From assembly GCA_025603075.1 (NCBI GenBank), contig MU626258.1, forward strand, positions 73,457 through 137,456: a DNA stretch of 64,000 nt, written 5' to 3'. This stretch comes from Neoconidiobolus thromboides FSU 785. Taxonomy: Eukaryota; Fungi; Entomophthoromycota. The notes under the pieces are model-generated. The model saw only the letters and a program-made list of their open reading frames with translations, did not search any database and was not told the origin of the DNA. Below, piece after piece: positions 1 to 13,094 of this stretch; the stretch's first letter is position 1; each line of letters starts with the position of its first letter. Position numbers and translations under genes: made by a program.

Positions 1-92
1 TATATCAAAATCGAACTTTCTTACGCTTTTTAATTTGACAAAACAAGAATGAGTACAATTACGAAAGCTAGTAATAAAATAAAAATAGTTAA

Positions 93-980
93 TCATTTAA
101 GACGTTGGGGATTAGGGCAAGAGCGAGATATTTCAATTAAAGTGTGAGCAGCCTATAAAAATATTAGCACTTATCTCTATAAATAAACCTAAAAACTTAC
201 TTCCATCAATTGAACTTGTTGGCTTTTAGGAAGTGATAGCTTAGCTACCTCTTTCCAATGTGGGTCATGTTCCCATTCATGCTTAGAAAGGCAGCTCATC
301 TGTTTATATGATTTATTACATACCCTACATTGATAAGTGCCATTGACCATCTTTGGTTCACTACGTCTGTAATTGCATGTACGTGGGCTTCTTTCCTTCT
401 TAAGTTTATTTGAGTAACTTTGTGGCAAAACTTGATCTAGCATCTCTTCACCATGGTGTTGATAACTTTTTAACATCCCATTGTTTATCCTGCTGTCCCC
501 GTTTAAGCCATTATCATGGCTTTGACTTGGTTCTGGATGCAATAAATTAGCAAATGAATATGGTTTATATTCGTAGTTATCGTTGCTACGTTCACCCTGA
601 ATAATTGGCAAATGCTGGCGCGTTAGTGGTGGGAGCTCATTTGTATAACCAGTACTATTATGTTGGTTAGTTTTAAGAGAGATTGGTGGTCGATGACTAT
701 AAGAATAATTTGAGTTATTGTTATGTGTGTTATATTGGGGTTGATCGAATGTTCTTGGGGGTTCTGTAAAGCGTGGAAATTGGGATGAGCTTTGTAATGG
801 TGGTAGACTAGCCATATGTGTGGAGCCTCTAATAGGGGATGGTTCAGTTTGATTTAGTTTGTAATCTCCAGAATATTCTTCCAATTTCATGTTTCCACGA
901 CTACTTGCTAACAATGGAGTATGGTGATAATTATTGTTAAGTTGTTGTATGTTTTTTTCAGCTGGATAAGATTCAGACAT
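93..980 (-). CDS. Fungal C2H2 zinc-finger transcription factor of the 'KHxWEH...QQVQLxEAA' family; 2 exons (980..201, 152..93)
   Basis: CRVC-x12-H-x3-H finger (CRVCNKSYKQMSCLSKHEWEH). A GTAAGT..TAG intron at 200..153 joins QQVQLME to AAHTLIEISRSCPNPQRLK*, completing the conserved LEAA motif. Confidence 0.85.
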
Positions 981-3979
981 CTAAATAAAAAGACCATATT
1001 AGTAATTAGTTTAATGGATCTTTGAAAAGAGAAATATTGAAAATAGATACTTGAAATTGATTATGTTCAAACTATACAAAGTATTATTATTTTAAACTAT
1101 ATCCTATTTTATTTATACTCTTTGTTTAAATAATTAACACAAACTGTTTGGGCTGTATAGATTGATCTAATATGCATCTCAAATTTAGTTATTTTTAAAT
1201 AACCTACCTCTATTATTTGAGTATGAAAATGAAAAAAATGGAGTAAAATTAAGAAGGATGAAGTTTAAAACTTAAATTCTGTAAACTTAAATTTCAAAAG
1301 CAGAATAAAAATTTCTTTTTACAAAATTAAGAATTTAAATAAAATCATTAAAACAAGATTTGGTTCAAGTTGAATCTGATTGGTTAGAGGCTTGGCTTAT
1401 TTCAACAGATAACACATTATTTGCTATTTCTTAGTGGATCCTCCTTAAGTTGTTTCTTGAATAAAAAATAATGCATAAACTTGAAATCAGCTGATTTTTG
1501 AAGATTTTATTGACTTTGGTGGCGGAAGGGATTGCAAAACAGCTATTATGGAACGACTACTACCCTCTGTTAACTAGCATATAATTGTCTAATATTAAAT
1601 CAAAGCTTAAAACGCTCTATCTACTTCAAATCATCAAATTAAAATTAAGCATTTATTCTCCAATTTCGATTTTCTGGTAAATTGAATCAAAATTGAGTAC
1701 TTTTATTTCTCCCCACTTTATATTTTTAAAGTTTTATTGATTGAAATTTCACAAATTGGTAGCTTAAGAATTAAATTGATTATTTTATTCAATTTAAGCC
1801 AATGGCAGTGCTTACGAATGACACCTAGCCCAATACTCACTTTTTAGCTATTTATAGGGGGGTGGTTATCATAATTTGCAAGCTTAGTTAATTTGCAGCA
1901 CAAATAATGAATATTATCATATTAATTTAATACGATAGTATATTCTTATATTAAAAATGGACTTTGTTTAGATGTAATCGTGTAGCAATAAGGAATTGCA
2001 AATATTGGAAATTCACTTTTTGAATTGTTTTGCTACCATCCTATATTATTTAACACGGTGATTATATCAAATGAACCATACTAATTACTGTTTGTGATTA
2101 ATTATTGACTTGTTCTAACATTTCATATATTTTTAACTGCAACTTTACAATTGATAACATTTAAAAGTTAAATCGTTATTTTTAAATTAATAATAATCTT
2201 ACTTTATAAAGTGTTTAGAGAAAAGGCTGAAAAATCAATTGTTCTTGATACTAATTATAATATTTAATTCCTTTCAAAAATTTTAATTTCAATATTTTGA
2301 AATTCATAAAATCTATGATTTATAAATTCAACAATTAGCCTAAATTTGTATTATCTAAATCTTGAATTTGAAGGCTGAATTTATGTTAATTTATTATAAC
2401 AATATTTTAAAATTCATACTTTCAACAAAAAGAACACAAGAGACATAACATATAGGGTATAAGCACCTTATATAAAGATCTGTCGAATAACTGCTATTTT
2501 ATTAAAAGAAATGAAAACCTAGCGTAGATAGCGTTGATTTGATTATATAATCTTTCTAATATTTATTTTGTCAAAGATATTTCAAATGAGTATCTTAGTG
2601 AGATTGAAAGTTGAATAGACCATCATGTTCTTTTTGGAAAAGACAGTCCACGATACATGATTGAACTGTTATTAAATAGATTGATTGTATTGTTATTCAA
2701 GCTATCATACATAATATAATCGGAGCATTGGCAAAAGCATCATGTATGCGTGAATCATTTTTAATCTATAACTAATAAGCATTTAAGATTAAATTGGCCT
2801 TAATTATAAAAATGTATTTTGTGAATAAAATTTATTCTTATTAGAAACTATTATAAATAATAGTATCAATATAAACATAAATAAATGACATCAATTTCTA
2901 TATCTAAATATTTATTTCTATTTAAAAATATTTGAATAAGTTAGAATTATAATGTTTATTTTCTTTGTAGTTATATTATGTAAAGAGTATTATAAAAATG
3001 TATGTGCTGTGTATGAATGAGGAGAGTAAAGGACAATGGTTAGAGAATTTGCCCAAATTATTAACACTTTATGAGCCTGGAAATATTATAGTAATGTAGG
3101 CATTAACAATGATGATTCTTTTAATTTAATTCCTCACACATTGATCTGACACCTCTTATAGCATTTTGTTTATTATAGTAAATTTTTCAAATCACTTTTA
3201 AAAAATCTATTATGTAATTTTTGTCTTTATAAGGATTTTTTATTGATATCAAATAAAATATTTTGCTTCACATTTATTTTTAGTAAAGTTTTTAGAAATT
3301 ATTTTTTTAATCATTTTTTTAATCATTGTCAAATATGACACCTTTTTAAAGGAATTTTTATTAAAATTAAAGTTAATTTAATAATTAAATTAAAAGCTCA
3401 TGCTTGTTATAATTATTTTTAATACATTTTTGTTTTTAGACTATAATAATTTATGGAATTTAATCACTATTATGTTATTTAAGTTTTATTCATGTCACCG
3501 AGTATAAAAAATTATATGTATATTTCATGGGTATCAACATTGACCAGTTTTGTTCTATTAAATAATGGTGACATTAAAATAAGTAAAGCTTTACATAAAG
3601 AAATTTAAAATAATTTTAACTCCATGGTCCAATTTCTCCTTATTTTTTTCATAATTTAAATAAATATAATGAAGCACTACAACGGTCAAAAACTCCACCC
3701 TGTTCCCCTCCTTTAGTTTCGACGTTTATTACTACCCTCAATTTGATATAATTTAAAAGATAATTTGCTATAAGCACTGATGCAATAGATAATCTATAAA
3801 ATCAAGTAGCAGTAAAGCTACACAAAATAGGCAAGAAGCAATTTACAAAAAAACTCAAAATAAACAGATTATCTTATATTTAATAAAACAAAAAAATCAA
3901 ATATCAAAGCTACATTAAAATCGATAGGCTTCCACTTAAATTCTTGACGAAGGGAATGCATAAATTATTAAGAAAACAA

Positions 3980-4843
3980 TCAATTATCTTTGTTACCCTT
4001 ACCAGGCAATTGCGGAATTCCTGGGCTTGGTAAAGGAGACCCTGAAGCTTGTGAAGACCAGTATTCTGTTGTTCCATTTGGTCCAAGTTTTGAAAATCCT
4101 TGAGCTCCATAAGGTGAAATTTGGGGAGGTGTATACATATTACCAATGTTTGTATTTACACTGAGTGGCCCAGGACTATGTAAATTTGGCTGTGGGTAAT
4201 GAGAAGCATATCCAAAATAACCGGAATTGATTGCTGGTGGAGGCGCACAAGCTGGTGTCATGTTATTTTTATCAGGTGAAGATTTGGTAGCATCGTAAGG
4301 CAATCTATTTTGAGATCTATTGACTTCGTTATAATACTGATAATGATTAGCGGCAGCGGCAGCTCTTTGTGCTTCTAATTGCATGGTTTGAGGATCTGGA
4401 ACATTTAAGCATGCTTGTATAAGCCCTTTTCCTTCAGGCTTGGTTACAATAGGTTGTAGCTTTGGAGTAGTAAAAGTGTAAACTAAGCCAGTTTCGGATA
4501 CAACAAGCAATAATACTTGAGTACCGGTTAAAACAGAGAGCTCATATGCTTTCTTCATAATCCCTGCTTTCCTTTTAGAAAAAGTTATATGACGACGACT
4601 CTTATCCTTAATATATTCAATTTTAATCTTTCTCTTATTCTCTTTCCCATCTTTAATTCCATCTGAATCCACATCTTCTTCATTTTCATATGGCTTTTTA
4701 AATGAAAAGTTATTATCGTTTCCATAGTTATCTGGACGTGGTGGCAGATTGGAAGTTATAGTATTACCTTGTGAGTATTGATATTGGTTATTATTAGCAT
4801 AGTAAGCTGTCTCGTTAGATTGGTCAATAGTAGTAGAATTCAT
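3980..4843 (-). CDS. MCM1: SRF-type MADS-box transcription factor (Mcm1)
   Basis: RKIKIEYIKDKSRRHITFSKRKAGIMKKAYELSVLTGTQVLLLVVSETGLVYTF is the SRF/Mcm1 MADS domain. Confidence 0.95.
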   Translation of the reverse strand: MNSTTIDQSNETAYYANNNQYQYSQGNTITSNLPPRPDNYGNDNNFSFKKPYENEEDVDSDGIKDGKENKRKIKIEYIKDKSRRHITFSKRKAGIMKKAYELSVLTGTQVLLLVVSETGLVYTFTTPKLQPIVTKPEGKGLIQACLNVPDPQTMQLEAQRAAAAANHYQYYNEVNRSQNRLPYDATKSSPDKNNMTPACAPPPAINSGYFGYASHYPQPNLHSPGPLSVNTNIGNMYTPPQISPYGAQGFSKLGPNGTTEYWSSQASGSPLPSPGIPQLPGKGNKDN

Positions 4844-7707
4844 AGTAGTTATTTATGTAAAAAATTAATCGTAAATTAAATGTGTGAAGTTAGCTTCTCA
4901 TAAACAATAAAAAAGGAGCAATAAATATTTAGAAATAAATACAAAATTTCTATTTAATGGTATATATACTTGTTAATAATATGAGTAAAAAGCCCTTGAA
5001 TTTAGGAGCATTGGGGAAAGGGGTCTAAATAAGTTTAATCATTACTTCATAAATTGAAATTTATTAATAGTACTATATTTTTTATACTTCAACATACTAT
5101 ATTGAATGTACCTAAAGTGAAAAAATACGCAATTGAACCAATTATATGTATTTATTATGTCGTTAATTATAATTAACCTAATCCCTCGCACAAGATAATA
5201 AATTTTTATATTTCTAACAGTAATTTGAAGCAGTATGGGCAATAAAATGATGAAGTGATTGTGATCTTTAATTTTCGGCTTAATTTTCAATTAGGGGAAA
5301 TTTACTTGGATTTTTTGGCTTCTTGCAAAATCACACCTTGACTTTCAAAGTAAAAATTGTTTAACGCCTAACTTATAAAGGGTTAACCATATTTAGTAAA
5401 CAAAATGGACGTTAAAAATTAAATTTTTAATAAAGAAGGGTGGATAACTAATAAAATCTATAGAATGCTAATTCCGCTACTTTACACCCTATATTAAGTT
5501 GTTAAATATCATTTTTGTTGATTCTACCTTCTTATTAAAAGTAGTGAGAGAGTTTACCCCAGCCAATTGAAACTTTAAATTTTATCTTCTCCATTCAGTT
5601 TTTAATAAATGCTGGCCAACCCCTGATACAGAGGTCAATATACTAACTATATATGGTCAATTTAAAGAAAATTATATGATAAAAGCTATTTTTAGACCAG
5701 TTCTTATTAGTATATTTAATATCCTTTTATTTATTATTCAAACTTAAAAAACATAGAATACGAGTTGATTTTTCGCTTTATATTTTTTTAGTAAGATATA
5801 ATTGGAGAGTTGTATGTTCTATTAGTATTAAAATATTTTTATTGTTTACCATTTATATTTTCCTTTATAAAATTTAGTAAGCTTGTGATTTAATAGTTTA
5901 TTATCTAAATTCTAGTATAATAGAGTAATTCTCAATGTATAATATATAATATACAATGTGAAATGTTCATAATCATTAGATAAATAATATCCTATTTCTC
6001 TTTTTGGTTACTTTTATAAATTGATACAAATTGAGTATCAGTAAAATTAAAACTATGTCACAATGAGATACCACGATAAAATTCTAGTTATTGAAAAAAC
6101 AGTTAGATGAGTTGTAAATTAAATTAATAAAAGGTAACTTTAAAAAATCAGTGTGTGATATTAAAAGATTTTTCATAACGACATACGTTTTCAGATTAAA
6201 TGAATTGATAGTTAAAATAAATGAATTATTAATCAAAGTAGGTAAATTATTAATGATTGAAGTATAAATATTCAAAATTTAGTTTATCTATTTCTAACAA
6301 AGTAAAATTCATATAGCAATTTATCTTATTTTGATAACTAAAATATTAAAGGGTTAGTTTAAGCATAACCCTTATTTTAGGAAAATAAAATTTTAAGCTT
6401 ACTATTTAAATTTTCGTAAAGCATAAGTTTACTAATATACTACTACTTTTATTATATTAGCTGCTACTCTTCGGTCTAGTATGAACTTCCTAAATAGTTA
6501 TCTAAATGATTTGAAAACACTAAACTATTAGGTTTTATATTGATATAATAAAAAATATTATAATCAATAAAAGTATACTTTACAATAGTCATACATTAGA
6601 ACAGTTAAAATCGATTCTATTTTTATCTACAATCTTATTTATGCTATAATAAATTATAAATATTCTGATGTTTGTTAAAGCAGCGCAATAATACATACAA
6701 GTTAATATTGGAACTAAACTTGAAAAATATTAACTTTTACTGTTATTGCTATATTTTATTAAACATCTGTGTGCTTTAATATTTAAATTTCTTCAATCAA
6801 AATTTCTTTAGCAAAATTAAATATCTAACTATACCTAATTGAATTTAATGTATGTTTAAAAATAAAAGCTATGAACTATTTATTACTTCGTTTATATCTG
6901 CCTCTTGTATCTTAAACCACTATAACTTGAAGAAGGTTAAAGCTTTATTTTAATATTAAGCCTACACTACTTTCCAGTATTTTTATCCACAAAAACTCTA
7001 TCATAAAATAATTTTTATCGAAAATACTTTTAAGCCTACCTAGATTATAATAATAAAATTTTATCTACTGTAAATATCCATTTTAATAGAGCCAAATTAT
7101 ACTGAAAACATTTGTGGTCTATTCGAATTACAGCATTATTAGCACATATACTTATATTGGCTCCAATTGCCAAGCTTAACATACAATAATGAGCATTTGT
7201 ATGCTGAAGCAATGTTAGGACAGCTTTCTCTTTTTTTATCTATTAGAGCACATTATATAAATAAGAGTGGTCTTAGTTAAACTAAGTTGAGCTATGTTAA
7301 TAACTAGCTTTATAACAATCAAGTGTTTTGCATTTTGATATATGTATGTTCGGGTGTAATTTCTATTACTGTTGTAAAAAATGAATTCATTTTAAAAAAC
7401 ATGTCTATTAGAACATGTTGGCATAAATAACGTCTTTTTCATCCACAGAATACTCTTTTAAATGGCATGTTAATTTAGAAACGACACTTTTTATTACTGT
7501 ATTTTAATAATAATGTATAATACTTAATAAACAATGATGCAATAAGAAAATTGATAGTAGGCATTTCAATATGAAAGCTGTTGTCGTAATTAGCATTCAA
7601 GTTAAATGAATATATCAAATAACTTTATAAAATCAAAAAATGATATTAAAGAATGAACAATTAGCATATTTATTAATTAAATAGTATCAATAAGTACCCA
7701 AGTCACC

Positions 7708-7908
7708 CTATTTCTTGCGTCTTGATGAGTCAACAGCTCCTTTGATAGCTTTACCAACTCTTAAGGCCCCAAAAAGAAGGGGTAAAAATCTTGGTTGATT
7801 GTTAGATTGTGCAGTATCTAAAGCTCTAGTATCAAACTTGGTGCCAATAGATAATGCATTAGAAGAGGAGATTACAAATAGACCAAATAAAACTGAAGTG
7901 AATTTCAT
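7708..7908 (-). CDS. Small secreted prepropeptide (66 aa) with a putative cationic amphipathic mature peptide
   Basis: Signal peptide MKFTSVLFGLFVISSSNA, then a polar propiece ending in PR, then FLPLLFGALRVGKAIKGAVDSSRRKK. Codon usage is gene-like against the AT-rich background, and TATATAAAG lies about 55 nt upstream. Confidence 0.8.
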   Translation of the reverse strand: MKFTSVLFGLFVISSSNALSIGTKFDTRALDTAQSNNQPRFLPLLFGALRVGKAIKGAVDSSRRKK

Positions 7909-7961
7909 GATTAGTTACTATTGAAGAGAATGGATTTTGGATTATTTAAATGTTTTTTCTA

Positions 7962-7970
7962 CTTTATATA
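7962..7970 (-). promoter_or_regulatory. Putative TATA box of the secreted peptide gene
   Basis: TATATAAAG on the minus strand about 55 nt upstream of the ATG at 7908. The AT-rich background lowers certainty. Confidence 0.4.
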
Positions 7971-8525
7971 CTCTTTTTTTAACTATATCAATTCAATTTT
8001 AAATTCAATCATTTGGGCTCAAAATTTATTAAAATTATATAAAAAAACCAAATTTGGTAAATATAGGAAAAGCTAATAAATGATAAAGTATCTCAAATCC
8101 ACAAGGTGATAAAATTGTCTTTATAAATAAAAAGATAATTGCTTTACTATAACCACCTTTGAATTTCTTATTATACACAATGACTGACATAAGATGATAT
8201 ATATAAAAAGCTTTATAGTTTATATTATATCTTAATCATCAAATAACATCTTTACAAGATACAAGAAAATAATAAGTGGAAATATTATTACAAAGGCAAT
8301 GAAGCATTTTGAAGTATAATTTCAAATATTTGGTTTGTTTTTAAATCGTGATATAATTCATAATCTATTAATTTTTTCCCAAATTTGGAGTATTTCCTTG
8401 GCTCGAAATATTAGATGAATGGTCAATAAAATATACACTAATGGAAATAAATCATATATTAAGGTTGAGATTGATTTCATGTGACATTAAAGTTTTATTT
8501 CCATTAATAAGTACTCATTTAATAT

Positions 8526-8632
8526 TCTAAATATGTTTTTTTTTATTTCATTACTTTTTCCATTTTTTAAGCACTATTTGAGTGGAAAGATTGTTAGTAA
8601 AATCCTTAAACAAAAAAATACACTCCCATATA
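8526..8632 (+). mobile_element. MITE-like dispersed repeat, copy 1 (left end degenerate)
   Basis: Core TTTCATTACTTTTTCCATTTTTTAAGCACTATTTGAGTGGAAAG...ACACTCCCATATA is shared with 8 other copies. Confidence 0.75.
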
Positions 8633-8781
8633 TTAGAATGAAAAAAATCAAATATTTGCTGTTTTGACTAAATTAGCTTAATAAATATTTTTATAGTTGC
8701 ATAAATCAATATTAAAAAATTTAAGCAGTTAGAAAATGCAACTTTCAAATTTCAAATTTCCAGCTTTTAAACTTTAGTACA

Positions 8782-9893
8782 ATGGGGAAAGCAAAACCAA
8801 AGTTGAAAGCCGGACTACAGAAGTTAAAGCAGCAACAAAGCATCCAGCAGAAACTAGAAAAAGCAAGCGATGCCCAAAGTTCAGCCAAAAAAAAACGATT
8901 AATGAATCGGAACGAAATAAATGTTGTGTCCTTAAAATCGAAACTGGAAGGTATGACTGAAAGTGAAATTGGTGCTTACAGAGCTGAAAAGCTAAAGCAC
9001 TCAAAAATACCTTATAACGCCGAAGACAGAATATTGTTGATAGGAGAAGGTAAGGTGTTATATATATATATATACAATCCTGTTTTAAACATTCATATTT
9101 AAAGGAAATTTTAGTTTTGCAAATGCATTATGTGAAATGTTTCACAGTGGAGAAAATATTTTCGCTACTGCATATGATAGTAAAGACGACTGTATCAAAA
9201 AGTATGGCGAAGAAACTACCAAGAATATTAAGAACATAGAGGATATGGGAGGAAAGGTATTCTTTGATATTGACGCTACATGTCTAGATAGACATAAAAA
9301 ATTCTTGTTTAAAGAGTGTCAAGAAGGTTTGTATGGTGATGAGATTTATGAGGAATTTGATAAACAAGCAAAAAAATTAAAGATAAACAAGCCTAGCTTT
9401 TGTTTTGATAAAATTGTTTTCAACTTTCCGCATACTGGTAATGATTCCTTAAAATAAAAGATTTATTTAATGTTTTTAAATAGGTGCTGGAATAAAAGAT
9501 CAAGATCGTAACATTCTAAACAACCAAAAGTTGTTACTTGGATTCTTCAAAAGCTCTAAAACTTTAGTACATCCATACCATGGCGAGTTACATGTTACAG
9601 TAAAATCTGGTTTACCATATGATTTATGGAAAGTTACAAGTCTCGCTAAAGAAGGCCAAATATGGAAAACAAAGCAATGTTTTCCATTTAATCCTCTACT
9701 TTATCCAGGATACGAACATCGTAGAACATTAGGGTTTAAGGATGGACTATCTAAAGGTGACAATGAAGAATTAGTTGATAAATTCCCTAATACTTATATA
9801 TTTGGTTTTTTAAATCCAAATTCTAAAGAAAGAGGTATAGTAGAGCAGAGGTTAAATCCCCCTAAAGCGAGAAAACAATACAAAAATAGATAG
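8782..9893 (+). CDS. BMT5: 25S rRNA (uracil-N3) methyltransferase Bmt5 (DUF2431); exons 8782..9049, 9105..9437, 9484..9893
   Basis: Splicing restores ILLIGEGNFSFA and IVFNFPHTGAGIKDQDRNI; GYEHRRT motif present. Confidence 0.92.
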
Positions 9894-10217
9894 TGTATTA
9901 ATCATAATAAAAATAGAGCATTTAAAGTATTATTTAATAGAATTCACTTAATCTCATGTAGGGTTAAACTTGACTTATTTTAAAGAATCATTTATTTCAG
10001 TTTTAATCGTTGATATATTTGGTTAGGGCTAATGTTTAATTAAAGATGTTATTGGATTATTCAATATAATTTTTAATATATATAAAATTGTATGCTACTT
10101 CAAAGGATTAAAGTAATACTGAAATACCAAGTTTGGTCATTATAAATGATAAACGAATAGCTTTGATTTTTACTTTTAAAATACTCAAAATATTTACAGA
10201 AATAATAATCAGCAAAT

Positions 10218-10985
10218 TTAATTTAACCAAAGGTTATATTTAGCACATGGTATATTATCCACTTTCAAGGCTGATTCAACAGATGTTACCACATGCTCAT
10301 GAACATCTTGGATAGATAATTTGGCATCAATAAACTTTTTAAATTAAAATTAAAATATTTGATGATTGCATATACAGTACCTTCCAATGGCTCTCTTTAA
10401 TAAGCTCAAATTTTTCCCTAACTTTCATCTGAAAGTCAAGTTTTTCATAGATTTCACCACCAAAATCCTTTCTTGTTTTCATTGTTTGATTATCAATGTC
10501 TAAAAAAAAGATCAAATCTGGACTAAGCAAGCCTTTATCGCATGCCTTGCACCACTCTAAATCTAATCCCTAAAATTTTATGGAAAATATTGAATAATAA
10601 AAATTAGAACTTACTTTAGCTGCTGTGAATGCAGCACCAGAAAATGCATATCGATCCACTATAAGGTTTATTCCATCATCAAGCATACTTTTTAACTCAT
10701 GAATTACTTCCCATCTATTGGCTGAAAACAACAGGTGTATTGCTTGATCATTGAGCTTCTTTTCACCTTGTAAATAACTGTTGATCATTTTACCACTGAT
10801 GCTTGTACGGTCTTTTAAAATTAGTCATCTTTTTATATTCGAATATATTCGTTACCTGGAAACTTTACTAATTTCCATTCTAAATTCCTTTGTGTAAAAT
10901 ATTTAGCTAATAACTCTGTCTGTGTGCTTTTTCCTGCTCTATCACATCCTTCAAACACTATCATCAAACCTCTTTTTAAAGTCAT
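10218..10985 (-). CDS. CDC8: Thymidylate kinase; multi-exon
   Basis: MTLKRGLMIVFEGCDRAGKSTQ P-loop, spliced FPDRTS, LLFSANRWE, LIVDRYAFSGAAF and PDLIFFLD motifs. Confidence 0.95.
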
Positions 10986-11068
10986 TTTGGAAAAAAAAAA
11001 ACAAAAGCTTTTATTGGATTAAATCGGGTAAGAAGTCACAATTTTTTTTAAATTAGAAAGTTGTTTAG

Positions 11069-11881
11069 ATGTTATTAAATAAAATTAAAGTACTTAATAA
11101 TTCAACTATTTAAATAAACTACTAAATCTTTATACTAGAGGCTTGGGGCTATTTGTAAATTCAAGGATGCTTTTAGTATTAATAGAGTGGCATCATTTCA
11201 TAATAATATCACTTTATTAAAAGATAAAAGTGATGAAGGCAACATAGATCTAACAAATAGTATAAAGATTAAAGATCTTGATTGGATATCTACAAAGATA
11301 AACAATAAAAGTAAGCCTTTAAAGAAAGAATTTGTGAAAAAGGTGGAAAAAAAGGATGCAAATAAAAACAAATGGGCTAAGATTGAAAGACAAGACGATT
11401 ACATAAAAAGCGAAACCATAAATGAGGATCAAGATATACCCCACTGGAAACTAAGAAAACAAGAAATAAATAAAAAGTTTGGCGGTGAACAATGGAATCC
11501 AACAAAGAGAATATCAAGGACAGCCATGGAAAGGATAAGGTTCTTGGCTAAAGAGGTATTCAAGTAATTATTATTAAGGGACTAATATTTAACTATTTAA
11601 AGTTACCACATGACTGGCCTTTACTTAAAATTTCCGAAGAATTTAAAATAGCTCCAGAAGCTGTAAGGAGGATTCTGAAGTCAAAGTTTCAACCAAGTCA
11701 AAGTGTTATCGAACACCAAGAAAATAAAAGGAGAGAAAAAAGAATGGAGTTTTTGAAGAGCATTAAAGAAATTGATGGTTCAGATAAAAATGTGAAAGAA
11801 AAACGAATAAGCAATAGAGATGGCAGTAAAATGAAAAGGATGCCGTTAGAAGGCGTTAAAACTGGTTGGGAAAGCTTATAA
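11069..11881 (+). CDS. RRG9: Mitochondrial Rrg9/neugrin-like protein; exons about 11069..11089, 11139..11555, 11603..11881
   Basis: WNPTKRISRTAMERIRFL and ISEEFKIAPEAVRRILKSKFQP match neugrin/Rrg9. The start exon is inferred. Confidence 0.85.
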
Positions 11882-12505
11882 ATATAGATAATAGAAAACT
11901 TGACGTTACATGAGTTTTTTCTATAAAACTTAGTATTTTTGTTGGCCTTAGTTAACTGATAAGATATTTTAAATAATATTTTTAATAGAAATAAATGAAA
12001 TTTAGTTATGAATTATTGATAAGCTTTACATTCAAATACTAATTTTTTTTAAAAATTGTATATTAAATCACTTTTATTATTCCAAACAACTAAAAAAATC
12101 TAATACATGTATATCAAAAACTAGAAAGGAGTAAATTGGCTATATTACTTTTAACCTACATCCTACTATGGTGATATTGGCAAACAGGCAATTAAATCAT
12201 AGCCCTATTCCACAGAAATATATTGTATTTTAAAGAACATACTATATCTCTAAATGGATCAGAACAAAATATCATGTTAATAATATATAATAAACTATTT
12301 TTTTTATTTAAACTATATATTGATATTGTTGGTTTGTGCCATTTATAGCAATCACCTCATTTAATAGTAAAATAATAAAAAAATAATAATCGTGCTTTCA
12401 TTAAGATAAAAAAGCTGAAACTACATTTAAATATTTAAATAAAGCAAGAAACCCACTTTTATAATTATATTAAAATAAACTTTATGGTTATTGGAATTTC
12501 AAAAC

Positions 12506-12876
12506 TTAGTTAGTCTTTTCAAAGCTTAATAAAAACTTTTCGAGATCAAAGTTAGGGCTATCTGGATCAGAAACAACTATAAAATGGTTAATTATTTTAA
12601 ATATTTACTAAATAAATTAAATACCTGATGAACCTTGTGCAGCCTTCTTTTGAGCATAAGCAACCTTAGCGTCATGAATTAATTTTTCCTTACGCTTATA
12701 TTCATTTTCAGCTTGTAATTTGGCTTCTAGTTTAACTAAGGAGTTATGACGATTATATCCATAAAATAAACCACCACTAAGGGCACCCCAACGAAGGACC
12801 TAAATCATGTTAATTTTTGTCAAACTAATTATAGATCATTTACATTTAATAAAGCGTTTTGGGCAGTTGCTGACAT
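12506..12876 (-). CDS. ATP21: Mitochondrial ATP synthase subunit e; exons 12876..12844, 12799..12625, 12576..12506 (absent from the ORF track)
   Basis: Spliced product MSATAQNALLN-VLRWGALSGGLFYGYNRHNSL...VVSDPDSPNFDLEKFL matches Tim11/Atp21. Confidence 0.9.
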
Positions 12877-13094
12877 TTTGATAAAAGTTAACTTTTTTAC
12901 TAAAACTTTATTTTTGCTTCTATAGATCATATAAAATTATGGGATTTATTAGCTAGCAACTTGAATTTTCAGTAGAATAAAAAATTAATGAAGGCTGCGT
13001 AGTAAACTACTTTGTTACGCAGTCATTTTATTTTTATAAAATAGTATAAAAGGGATCCAATATATCAATCTTTGCTTTATTTTTTCAATAAACT

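Noticed and set aside
3910-4146. 78-aa ORF overlapping MCM1 in another frame
   Set aside because: Alternative frame of a real gene with no recognisable features.
5042-6275. Short Ile/Asn/Phe-rich ORFs (5042..5290, 6084..6275)
   Set aside because: Composition is typical of AT-rich non-coding DNA; no motifs or splice support.
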